A DNA stretch of 63,987 bases, counting the filler, from Basidiobolus ranarum (taxonomy: Eukaryota): assembly GCA_040143965.1 (NCBI GenBank). It is 3 parts of 3 records of this genome, joined end to end, with 100 filler letters (N's around TTAATTAATTAA, not from the genome) between each part and the next. Parts side by side here need not be neighbours in the genome. Positions count along the whole stretch, not along the records: positions 21,715 to 43,319 come from JASJQH010000201.1; positions 43,420 to 63,987 come from JASJQH010000225.1; 1 more part is not named here. One strand, given 5' to 3'. Each line of letters starts with the position of its first letter. The first letter of the stretch is position 1. A model generated the notes under the pieces. It had not been told where the DNA came from. It saw only the letters and a program-made list of their open reading frames with translations, and ran no database searches. The translations under genes and the position numbers were made by a program. Positions 39,933 to 51,152 of the stretch are shown here, piece after piece.

Positions 39933-41072
39933 ATGACAAGATATAACAGCTTGGATATAAACAATATACTATGTGACCCAGTGAATCGGGCTTGCATTTC
40001 CTTTCCCTTTGACCGGCAAGAAGACTCGAATCTTTATATCCTTACCCAAGCCGAAGAATATCTTACCGAAATCGAGAGGCAATGGTTCGTAGAAGCTAAA
40101 CTAGAAAAAGAAGAAAACTTAAAAATCATTGACGAATTGTACCGTGAGAAGGAGGAGCAAAATCAAGAAATTTTAAACTTGAAAAAGAAACTGACGGCTG
40201 CTAATCAAGCTACGGAGGATTTAGCTAGGCGAAATTCCTTGATCAAGAAGGAGATGGTTCATCTCTGTGAAAGCTCAGATATCTCCACAAAGTCCCTGAA
40301 TAACTCCAGAAAGTGGAAAAGAAGTATCCAACTAGATGAAGGAGTGAAATCCAAATGTAATACCAGGCAAAAACCAAGTCGGAAAAAAAGAAAATTAGAT
40401 CCTACTTCGACTACGGTGGTGGGTGTTGTAGAAGAGTTTCTCGAAATGTGTACTGGTTTAAGCGAAATTCACAAGAAGAATCCTCCAAACATGGAAATTA
40501 TTGATGCAGCGTCTCTTCCAATCAGAATGCTAAGAAGTTCAAGGAGCATAAATCTGTTGATTGACGTGGAGAAGTCGCCATTAGATGTGATTGTCGGACA
40601 TCTCAAACTCCTCGGTAAACTTGAATCTCGTCAACAGAAGGCAATAGTTGGCATTAACTTTAAGCACTACAAGTTGTATCATGCTTTCCTTTCCTTAGCT
40701 AAAGATAAGTTGAAGCAGGATCCTTCTTGTGGAAAAACCCAAGTAGGCCTCAAAAGATTGCTTTTTCAAACAATTCAAAGCAAGCTGAACTTGGTTAACC
40801 GGTTTAATTTCAATTCCTTCAAACAACAAATCAAACGAGCGGAGCGACTGTTCATTCTGAGCAACTATTTTGGTCGAGGTATCCTTTTGCATTCCCAGTT
40901 TACTGGAAGTAGACTTCTGGGAGGCTTTACTGCTGAAGAGTTTAATGAGTTACGACGACATTTAATCGCCACGGAATTCTTACGAGGGAGCTTTTCAAAG
41001 CAGGATCTCTATCACGATACCGAGCTTGACGCAATACTGTATCCCTTCGATCATTTACATTCCGTAAGTTAG
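39933..41072 (+). CDS. Hypothetical nuclear protein (coiled coil, NLS, helical C-terminal domain), intronless
   Basis: 379-aa ORF; heptad-rich segment ~aa 40-110; RKKRK; basic helical C-terminus. Confidence 0.75.
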   Translation: MTRYNSLDINNILCDPVNRACISFPFDRQEDSNLYILTQAEEYLTEIERQWFVEAKLEKEENLKIIDELYREKEEQNQEILNLKKKLTAANQATEDLARRNSLIKKEMVHLCESSDISTKSLNNSRKWKRSIQLDEGVKSKCNTRQKPSRKKRKLDPTSTTVVGVVEEFLEMCTGLSEIHKKNPPNMEIIDAASLPIRMLRSSRSINLLIDVEKSPLDVIVGHLKLLGKLESRQQKAIVGINFKHYKLYHAFLSLAKDKLKQDPSCGKTQVGLKRLLFQTIQSKLNLVNRFNFNSFKQQIKRAERLFILSNYFGRGILLHSQFTGSRLLGGFTAEEFNELRRHLIATEFLRGSFSKQDLYHDTELDAILYPFDHLHSVS

Positions 41073-41593
41073 GAGCCCTATTAGATGGTTAGGCTTACTG
41101 GTAGCGTAGAATGTTAGCTAAATAGAACAAGTTGACTATAAAGCAGTAACCACAATACTAGTTTAACTGATTCTTACCCTGATTGATTATATATTAGTAT
41201 AGGCATATAGTCATCTTAGACTCTTGGCTAACCTCAAAAAAGTTTATGTTAAACCCATGACGTGATGCTACAAAACACTAATAAACGCACATGGTTAGTT
41301 TATGTTACTATTTTGGCTTGGATCTGCAGCCAAAGTGGAATATGCGTGGTACTTGGAGGTTGTATTATATTCACATTACACCGTACACCACTCACATCAT
41401 TACTAATCATACAAAAATTGAAGTTGATTACAATATAGCTTGATCCTGTTTATTCTCAGGAAAGCGCTGGGTACACAATATAAATATACAACTCTTTTAT
41501 TTGAATCAAGGCATGAATGGATGTAACCATAGATTCAATCTGTAAGGCTCCTCTCGGGTATATATCTAGAGACTGTTACAAGCTTGAAATTCA

Positions 41594-42709
41594 ATGATGA
41601 TCATTAAATCTTTCACTGTGGTAGCTTTGCTTACTGCCTCCATCACCTTTGTGTCCGCCAAATTATCTTTACCTGATGCGACAGGAAAGTTCAAAGTTGG
41701 AACTATCAATATAATGTTAGTTGACCACAAGCGGATTGACCCATATGCCCCAGGTTCGCAAAAGCGTGCCTTAATGATTCAAATTTTCTATCCTGCAAAG
41801 AACACCAACAATTACCCTATTTCACCATATGTACCTGAACTTACTGGCCAATATATGAACAAACTGTTTAGATTACCCAATAGTACATTGCAAGCCCTTC
41901 AAACTCACATTCATCTAGGTGCCCCTATTGCTCAATCTGACTCACCGATTGTTCTATTTTCTCCTGGCTTGGGAACGTCGCGCTATCTACATACATCTCT
42001 ATTGACAGACATCGCAAGTCGTGGCTACCTTGTAGTATCAATTGACCATCCTTATGACGCACATGTTGTAGAGTTCCCCGACGGAAAATTAATCACAGGT
42101 GTTATTGGAAGAGACTGGACTGTTGAACAGATTACCCAAGCGGCAAGCGTTCGCTCTCAAGATGTCAGTTTTGTATTAGACCAACTAAACACCTTTAAAA
42201 TAACCAAGCATATACCAGCTCTACGTAAGAAACTGGATGTTCGTAGGGTTGCTATGTTTGGCCATTCTTTGGGTGGTGCCACTGCAGCCACCGCCATGTT
42301 AAATGATACTCGTATTATAGCAGGTGCCAATCTTGATGGTTCATTCTGGGGCCCGGTGGTAGATAAAGGCTTAGACCGACCATTTCTCATAATGGGCCTT
42401 ACCCAACATAACAGGAGTAATGACGCCAGTTGGGAAAAGTTTTGGCCTAACTTGCGCTCATGGCGACTACAACTCCAACTAGCCAACTCTGGCCATCTTA
42501 CTTACTCAGATATGCCAATTTGGACTGACTTGCTAAATCTTAGAGATTCTGAACAAGAGCCAGCAATCGGAACCATCAATGGACTCAGATCATTGGTTAT
42601 ACAACGCACTTATATCTCTGCTTTTCTGGATCGTATATTTGGTTACTCCAATGATCCTATCCTGCAACGACCAGATAGTAGATTCCCTGAAATTACTTTT
42701 GAAATTTAA
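41594..42709 (+). CDS. Secreted alpha/beta hydrolase, PAF-acetylhydrolase-like, intronless
   Basis: Signal peptide; PIVLFSPGLG, IASRGYLVVSIDHPYD, nucleophile GHSLGG, NLDG, SGHLTYSD. Confidence 0.9.
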   Translation: MMIIKSFTVVALLTASITFVSAKLSLPDATGKFKVGTINIMLVDHKRIDPYAPGSQKRALMIQIFYPAKNTNNYPISPYVPELTGQYMNKLFRLPNSTLQALQTHIHLGAPIAQSDSPIVLFSPGLGTSRYLHTSLLTDIASRGYLVVSIDHPYDAHVVEFPDGKLITGVIGRDWTVEQITQAASVRSQDVSFVLDQLNTFKITKHIPALRKKLDVRRVAMFGHSLGGATAATAMLNDTRIIAGANLDGSFWGPVVDKGLDRPFLIMGLTQHNRSNDASWEKFWPNLRSWRLQLQLANSGHLTYSDMPIWTDLLNLRDSEQEPAIGTINGLRSLVIQRTYISAFLDRIFGYSNDPILQRPDSRFPEITFEI

Positions 42710-43319
42710 CCCAAAATAGAGTTGTATCTTCACTTGCTTCTCACACACTTCTACAAAAAAGAACTATCCGGTGTCTAGTATCGATATGGATGTAGTAATG
42801 AGGATGCTCTCGAAGTTATAGAGAATAAAGGAGGGTTGAGGGGCTGAACAGATAATATGTCTATCATATGAACACTAGGGCGGAGACCTAAAATACTATA
42901 AAGTAAAGTAGATGTCTTAGAAGCAAAGTATTGGATCCAAGTGTTATGCTGATACTAGATCAGGCTTCATGCTTAGCTAAGCCAATCTACATAATACAGG
43001 GGCATTGATGGTTTTCTAGCATGATAGCCAACTAGTGAAAGAAGCAACCTATCCAACAATTTGCTCAACTTAATGACATGGGCTTAGTCATCTTGCATTA
43101 GAAATTAGATTTAGGTGCTAATGACTACTATAAACAAATCTTTTTGCATATAGCTCAGTTAGGGTTAGGGGTTAGGGGGGATGATAAAAACCATAAGGTG
43201 TAATTAGGGGGGGGGGATGAAAAGCACCAGATGGTGTAGACTTTATTTAGCTTAAATACTAATCTAAACAAAGTGACAATCAAGACATCAATCTTTTGAG
43301 ATATTGTGACAATACTGAA

Positions 43320-43419
43320 NNNNNNNNNNNNNNNNNNNNNNNNNNNNNNNNNNNNNNNNNNNNTTAATTAATTAANNNNNNNNNNNNNNNNNNNNNNNNN
43401 NNNNNNNNNNNNNNNNNNN
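43320..43419. other. Assembly gap/contig linker
   Basis: N44-TTAATTAATTAA-N44. Confidence 0.97.
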
Positions 43420-43861
43420 AGTGGACAAAACACGATATGGAAATTGGAAATTGATTTGATGGCAAATTTCAGTTCTATATATAATATGCATGCATCAATT
43501 GGCATGATTTCGATTACTTTGTTTTGATAACTTGGAGCTGGTAAAATTTCACGTGATTTGGGCGTCATGAAGAAGTCAATGAGCGTAGAGTTCCTATCTA
43601 AATCACCCATCTAGTAATAGCATCGAATCGCTGGAATTAATGGTGCTCAAGTACAATACCTAACGAATGAGTGTTCATGTTGCGAACATCCATGACTTGA
43701 GATATTTAGATGTGATGATGAAAACCTCTTGGGACTTGACGTCGAGAGGTAGTCACTATCTGACAGCTCTCACAGACGGTGAGAGTATAAAAGTGACCCA
43801 AGTTGAACACTAACTCCTCGAACAAGCAGACAAAATCAACTCAACGCCTCTCTCCTCACAA

Positions 43862-44561
43862 ATGAAGCAATTTTCCCACATCACTCTTATCTCTATGGCC
43901 CTCTTAGCCCTTAACTTCATGGCCGCGCACGGAGCTCCTACAGGTGGTAATTATCAAACCACCAATACTGACAACAATGCAGCAACCATCTTTTGCTCGA
44001 TCTTTAGGTAACCTATATCACCATATAAATCGGATATTGCACCAACAAGTTTCGCTTGTGCTAATAGCTCTTACTTTTATCAGGCTGAACTGCAACACGG
44101 CCTGTAAGTCACAGAGTGGCACCGGTGCTAACGAGTGTAGCAGTACTGGAACCAACAGTTTCCGTTACAGTTGTGTCTGTAAAAATGGAAATGACGCTAC
44201 ATCACAAGTATCTCGCAACACTCCCACCCGCTCAACCACCAACCCTTCGTACTACAATGTCAACCTAGGACAGAACGGCAACGGGAATGACTATTGCAAC
44301 AAACACAAAGGGGTAAGCGCTCTTCAGATAATGATGTGATCAGTGTGACATGGTATGATGGAAATATTCGAGTTGAGGTTGATGAGTAACGTGATTGTAC
44401 TTTGTCTGTAGCGTTGTCAGGATGTGTGTCGAAATGCCTCTCCAAACAACTGGCGTCAACAACAGGACTGTAAATGGAAGAAGGATAGTGCTGGAGCGAT
44501 AGTTGCATCGGGACTTTGTGCATGTAATCGATGCGATATTGCCTACACCGTGGCTAACTAA
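43862..44561 (+). CDS. Small secreted cysteine-rich protein (174 aa) with two C-CxxxC-C-CxC repeats
   Basis: TATAAAA ~75 nt upstream; exons 43862-44007, 44084-44312, 44412-44561 joined by GT-AG introns; signal peptide MKQFSHITLISMALLALNFMAAHG; 13 Cys; AATAAA right after stop. Confidence 0.85.
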
Positions 44562-45023
44562 ATAAAAAATGGCAGTTATAATAAACATCAAATAGAGTAA
44601 TGTGTAAAACTTCGTTTTCAACACATTACTGATTTGTTATTTTCTTTGTTACTTTCATCCATAAGCCAAACGAAAGGAGTTTCATAAATATTATTTTCTC
44701 AAGTTTGCAAAGATATCTTTATGACTTAGGTAGATTACATTTCATTTGTTGAGACCATCGGAAGGTCTTAAATGGTCTTTATTTGTAACTTCATGTACGG
44801 AAATGTAATCCGAAAATTTCGCCAACCTGGCACATGTGATATTATCTATTGTACGGTAAAGACACGATTCCAAAAGGTGAATTCAATACATAGCTAGGAT
44901 TTAAAGAGTCTTGATTGCAAAGAATTTTCGTTGATTTTGAGAATAGGTGCAAAATTGAATGATAAACAATGCTAGAATACATTCTGCCCAGAGTATGTAT
45001 CTATTGCCCAATGTTTCTCTAAG

Positions 45024-45722
45024 TTAACGACCTGGAAATTCGTTCTTCACTTTCATGGTAAACTCCGTTGTTCCAAGTCCTAAAACAACTCCGATGCCGC
45101 CAGGATGAAATTCTAGGGTGTCATTGAAAGTTACAGTATCATTGTGGAAGCGCCATTGATGCTCTGAAGTACAGTTTAAACAGATGAAAGATAAGGAATA
45201 TCCAATGATATTTCCACTAAAGAGTAAAGATTTTTAATGATGTCATGGAAGAAACATGCAGAGATTTAAACAATACCAGCTTAAACAAGCAAGGTCCGTT
45301 ATTCGACAACCACAGCTCTTGGACCAGTAATCCGCTCCAACCCCCTCTACTCTAAATGCATGAACAAAGAGAAGTTATTTTCAAGACTCTTGTGAGGCCT
45401 CTAAAGATACTTACCCGAAAGGTGGACTATCAGTTGCATAGATCTCTGTTCTAGTATTGTTGAGCAAAACCGCGTGAATCACGTTTTTGGAAACTAGAGC
45501 TTCACAAGCTCGACAATTAAGTGCGCATTGAGGTTTTGTATCGTTTAAAGGTAGCAGGACTGTGGGATTATAATTGGTTGGTCCATAACTGGGACCAAAG
45601 GTAGGGTTTGAATTAGAGACGACAAAACCTTCGTTCCCGATGTAAATTCGGAAACTTCGATGCGAGCGATACGAGGAGTTTGCATGCGTGTTGATACGTC
45701 TAACTCCATTGAAAGGTGTCAT
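45024..45722 (-). CDS. FAM72-like zinc-binding protein (191 aa), 3 exons
   Basis: Exons 45722-45415, 45351-45277, 45216-45024 give CRACEALVS...AVLL...IYATDSPP...SCGCRITDLACLSCGNIIGY...CLNC...HQWRFH...EFPGR*. Confidence 0.8.
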
Positions 45723-48029
45723 TTTGAGGTATACTTACTACAGGTAACTGAGGTTTATTAGAAGGAAAACAAGCAGGAATCAACTTAATCAGAAGAATTT
45801 GTACTATTGGAATCCATTTTAGTGGATCAAAGTTCAAGTCACGGCTACTCATCAACCAGCTAAAGTCAGGTGGACACCAATAAATATTCTAGATGATCCA
45901 TCACTAAATCACTGTCAGCAGTAGCAAGACAGCCATTATTAGCAGTCTCGTTGTTGGAGACCGTGGATTGGGAACTGGTTTATCCGTTGAGCACGGTGAG
46001 GGAGAGCCAAGTAAGCAAATATTAGTTAACAAATGTAACGACCAATCCCCTAAACCTACTAAATTGCTCCTACTCTGATAGTAAGTGTGTCATGGCTTGA
46101 ATTTCATTCTCTCAAATAAGTCAACAACCGTCATAACCATCTCATTCACGCATCCCATTGAAAAGAGCTACCGAAACATGTCAATCTCGACCAATGAACG
46201 ATCACATTTGGAAATGGAGCTCTAGTTCCATGGTCAAAATAACGGCCTGATGATCACTGAGTAATGAGCATTGATGTGAGAGAATCACACGAAAACGCTC
46301 TCCCTCTCAGGGGCATCATTCCCCAGCCCCACCAAACTCATGTGCGCTCTATTTCAATCAGGCTACTATTGGGGCATGGTTGGCTTTCTCCATCGGCAAT
46401 CCCGCAACCTCCACCATCCCCGCAGAGTCTACAAACCGCAAGACAGGAATTTCCCCAACTGCGATGCTCATCAAATCATGCTCAACTTCTTCACAGATTA
46501 GGAATTTCAAATGAAACCCACCCAATAAATGCGACTAAACCAGATATGATGCTACGACTGATTAAAAATTGAAAGAGTCATCAACAATTCTTGGCCAGTA
46601 TGGAGTAGGAACTACTGTGCAGGAATCAATAGAAATATACGAAATAAGGGGAACTTTGCCCGCCTTAAATATAAAACATGTCTTAATCTGAAGCATATTT
46701 GCCGTTACACCAAACTCTAATTCTCCGCCCACACTGGTGCACGATGCAAAGGCTTACTCGTACATTGCGCATACTAACAAGAAGAATCAACTCATCCTCA
46801 CTATGTTGTGTATCTTTGATGAGCTTAATGGCCGACTTTTTCTTGAAATAACACTGATCAATTAGGGTTGGTGATGTTTACAGCTGACGATACCAAGTAA
46901 CCAAAGAAGGCCTATTCTCTATACCAGAGATCTTCCATTCCTCTCTGGCCATCTGAGACTCTTCTCCAGTATCCCCTAATCAGGTGGATACAATCGAATC
47001 TATATCATAAGAAGCGTACCAGTTAAGCCTACCAGTTCAGATATTCCTCGGTATATAATAGTATGGCCAAACTTTCTGGTGTGCATCAGGGGAGTCTTCT
47101 ATCAAAACTCGCTATTTTTAACAATCATCTAATCACTAGTATATGCCAGATCAGGACCGAGTCATCGTTTGTTTCAACCTATTTGTCGACACTGTTACTA
47201 TTTTCGGAGCTTTCTTAATATCATTACTTAATCGGCTGTTTTTAATCAAATACGAGTTTAATTCACCAGCGTAGACCGTCTCCTACTTCAAATCTTCGTA
47301 GTAGTCACCAAGGAACCATTCAATATACTGATTCCATTAGGCCAGGATTACCAGACCTTGGCTCAAAACAATGGATTACTATTGATTGAAACTGATCTGG
47401 CTTGAGAGCGCCGGATAGTAAGCATGTTTCTGAGTTTTGCCCAACATCACATGCACTAGCGGGTTCAAGGAATCAAGCCATATGCTCTCTTCTTGAATTT
47501 AGTACACACACAATCGAAAAGTGAATTCATCTGACGTAACTCTCGATTTTACCTTCACATCCTTGCAATATGTCCAATATCGATACTGGGTACTTTTGAT
47601 TATAAATAGAATATACCAACATTATAACTGTTTCATAAATTTTAGATAATTACATAGCCTTTGCTGAAGTCAGAGAGAATATATGTAAATATACTGGTAA
47701 AATGTATCAGTATGTTCAGGAGATAATAGTAATGTCATATTTACACATATTGACCCATTTACAGATTTCAACTAGTGGATTCTCAGCATCATTAAGCATA
47801 CTCACTTGCCATTTCAAAGTATAGGTAACTGTGATGAAGAGAGTGCTCTTCCTTCAAACTAGTTATCAAACATTATAGATAGATAATTAGCATCTCTATA
47901 AACTTACCCCAATATATGCAAATATTCATGTTACATCCGTAAGGAAACATTCTCTGGTAATAAAGTTTGGCCAACTTTTTATCATAGAAATGCAAAATAG
48001 CGGGTGAATAGTAGGCTAATTTTTGGTCA

Positions 48030-48282
48030 ATAAAATGCCTGAGTGACTACTTACGGTTACATAACTTTTATTAAGTACTTGGTTAACGGGTACTGCATGC
48101 CACAGAAGACCAACTATAGCCGAGATCAGGATATTTGGAACATCTCTATGGCATGTGACTATTCGACATCCAAATTTAGCATGCAAAATCCGGTTGAAGC
48201 GTTTCTGTTTCATAGAATCGACGAAAATACTTTTACAATTGCCATCTTGATAATTCACAATCTAGGTAAGGTTTGAGAGTCT
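48030..48282 (+). mobile_element. Possible decayed Ty1/copia integrase C-terminal fragment
   Basis: Frameshifted pieces KMPE / ITFIKYLVN / RRPTIAEIRIFG / SKF..VEAFL..IDEN...GKV*ES follow the order of the copia integrase-SH3 consensus. Confidence 0.3.
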
Positions 48283-49067
48283 CTATGCTGTTACAACTAG
48301 ATGAAAGTCAAGATAGGTATACTAGTAAATACCAGTAGGTAAGACATCAAGTGTCTCGTAACACTAGGTAAGTATTTTGAGTAAATCAGCGGATTCCCTT
48401 GTGCTAGCTCACCTAGAATATCTATCTCCATCAAATGGTGTAAACTCATCTTACCAAGCCATAGGAGGTATCGAGGTGCTCCAACCCACTAAAATTTTGC
48501 CAAATCTGCCTCATTTTCCATCAAACTTGTGATTAATCCTTACATCTGAATAGACAATGAAGCAAATTTAAAATCCAATACTGAGCTATCATGAGTACCT
48601 TATGGGGAAACTGCGTCCAAGATTGCAATTTCCTTAAATTGTAATACTTAGTCAGCCATTGGTTAGCTCTCCATTAAGATTTCGTAAGTTTAGCATAAAT
48701 ATCTTGAGCACCACATTCGGATGTGTAATTGATGAAATATTACTGAATATGGATAACAGCCCAAAGAGCATCATTGGCTATGGATCAATTTATACAATAA
48801 GATCTGAATCTTTTAAAATATCTTTATGTTTGAGATATATTATGGCAATTGGAACTCCTTGGTTAATCTGGTATCAAAGAGGCAATAAAAGGAGTCGAGG
48901 TTCCTAATATTTATGGTTTACGGCTTGTTCCAAGGTTTCCGCACTGACGTCCAATTCCGAACCTTCTTTAAAATTTTAATTTAACTAGAGGAATAATTAT
49001 CATATTCTCTCTTCAACTTCCCTTTACATATTGGATTCCATTTTACTCCTGAGTCTATCTTGTCGCT

Positions 49068-49894
49068 ATGGCTTTTCGAAACACTCCTATGGACAGGCGT
49101 TATAGTGGTATTTCATATATCTTGACGATTAGTATTTGCAGTTATACTTATACAATGTAGTTGCAACTAGTCCTCCCCCCGTACAGCAGACATCTATCCA
49201 TGACCGCCAGTTGCAGGACTGGTTCAAGGCAGTAGATAGGTAGAGTGAAGGACATAATTTCTCTCTCTTCATTGAATTCATGTTTTTTGTTGTGATAGTG
49301 ACGGCAATGGAAAATTAACCACCGAAGAACTTCAGAACGCCTTACTCAATGGTAATGTTGAGCAATCCTATCTAATATTTTACTGGCACAAGTATTTACC
49401 ATCCTTCTACACAAATAGACAACATGTCTCAGTTCAACCTCGAGACTGTTCGTCTAATGATGAATATGTTCGACCGCGACCAGAGTGGTTACATCGATAT
49501 CTATGAATTTGTTGGTTTGTGGAGATACATTGAAAAGTGGCGTGCTTGCTTTCGAAACTTCGATCGTGATGGGAGTGGTTCAATAGATGCTGGCGAGCTT
49601 AAGCATGCATTACGTACGTTTGGTTATAACATTGGAGATAGGTTGATTCATACAGTGATCCTCAAATATGACAGACATGGTACGAAATTACCATTTTTAT
49701 TTGCCCGTAACCTCATGTGTATTGATAGTTTCATTAATGTAGGCAAAGGTGATATAACATTTGACAGCTTTATTCAAGTATGTGTGACCATCCACTCTTT
49801 AACTAGCTCTTTCCGCAACTTTGATACCGATTCCGATGGTTGGGTCTACATCAATTACGAGCAATTTCTAGAACTAGTAATTAGCAACAAGTAA
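49068..49894 (+). CDS. PEF1: Penta-EF-hand calcium-binding protein (ALG-2/peflin/Pef1 family), 5 exons
   Basis: WFKAVDSDGNGKLTTEELQNALLN, MFDRDQSGYI, FDRDGSGSIDAGEL, FDSFIQVCV, FDTDSDGWVYINYEQFL. Confidence 0.9.
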
Positions 49895-51152
49895 ATGTAT
49901 ACAGTACTCAATTCCACTACTCCCTTCCGAATATTACATACTCTGAGTGGAATCACTTGTAATTTCTTGAACCTATAGAGTTCTCAGTCATTTATTTAAC
50001 ATACCTTTCCTCGGTAAACATTCACTTCTATTACTTGCGTTCAAGAGGCCTTCCAACCAACTCTTTTGATGTGTAAACAGGTCATTAAAAAGCTTCATTT
50101 GGCCATACTTGCAAATAGAATGTATCTCCAATGTATCTGAGCTGCACAACAGCACTTCGCACCAAATAAGGGGTTTTTGAGTCACACGAAATCCCTGTCG
50201 AAGGCCTGGAATTTCGCCGTATGGGAGGTAGCCCTAGTTATGTGAATTTGAAGAATGAGTGATTCAATAGTACTAGGACAAGTTGTATATAAATGGATCG
50301 TGCCGCATTTATAATTGTGTGGTGGTTGACAATGTGTTATATATATGTTAACCATGGCTTGGTGTAATTTCCAACTGAAATATCTATATTTATCTACATT
50401 CAATGACCAGTGAATATTGTACTAAACCTGTCTTCAAAGTGATACAAGGTAATCGATTGAATGAACTAAAAAGATTCAAAGGCCAACTGCAACCTATTCA
50501 AAAGATTCTAGGAAGGTTTTCACAACAATATCCGCAGTAAATTGTCATTCAAGGAACTAGGAAAGCGAACATCTGTTAATGAGAAGGGAACAGCCTGAAA
50601 AGACTGAAGACAAAAACCTGCCTTCTTCCCAGTATGTTGACTTCTAAAAGAAGCGACTGACGTAGTAAGTGCATCAGAATGTTTGATGATCCAAATACAA
50701 TCGTAATTTAGCCTTATCAAGTGGTAACTAGCAGTTGGAGGGAATGCTATATTGATTGGAAAAGCAACCTTCAGAGAATTATTTTCCAACATATACATAG
50801 AAAAGATTAAAATCTCGTCTGATTCTCTTCGCTTGCGCGAATTTTCTTGTGTTGTTATGTGTTAAGAACATCATGGTGTTTAATACCAGTCTGGTTCGTA
50901 GGATAATTATTGTATCAAAATGCACGTGTGCATATAGAAGTATATATATATGATTTATTATTACCAAAAATGAATAAAAAAGAGCAAGCAAAAATATTTC
51001 CAAAGGGTCGTGTCATATGAATGGAACAGGAAAATTGAAACGCATAATATCGTACAGTTCAAAAATGACAACATATGGCCAGCACTGATTAATGATGGAT
51101 GAATTAGAGGTAAACAGGAACAATTGACAGAAGAACGTTGTCAATCTGGTTA

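Noticed and set aside
43947-43982. Possible 36-nt intron in the cysteine-rich gene
   Set aside because: In frame, stop-free and shorter than other introns here; reads naturally as coding (GNYQTTNTDNNA)
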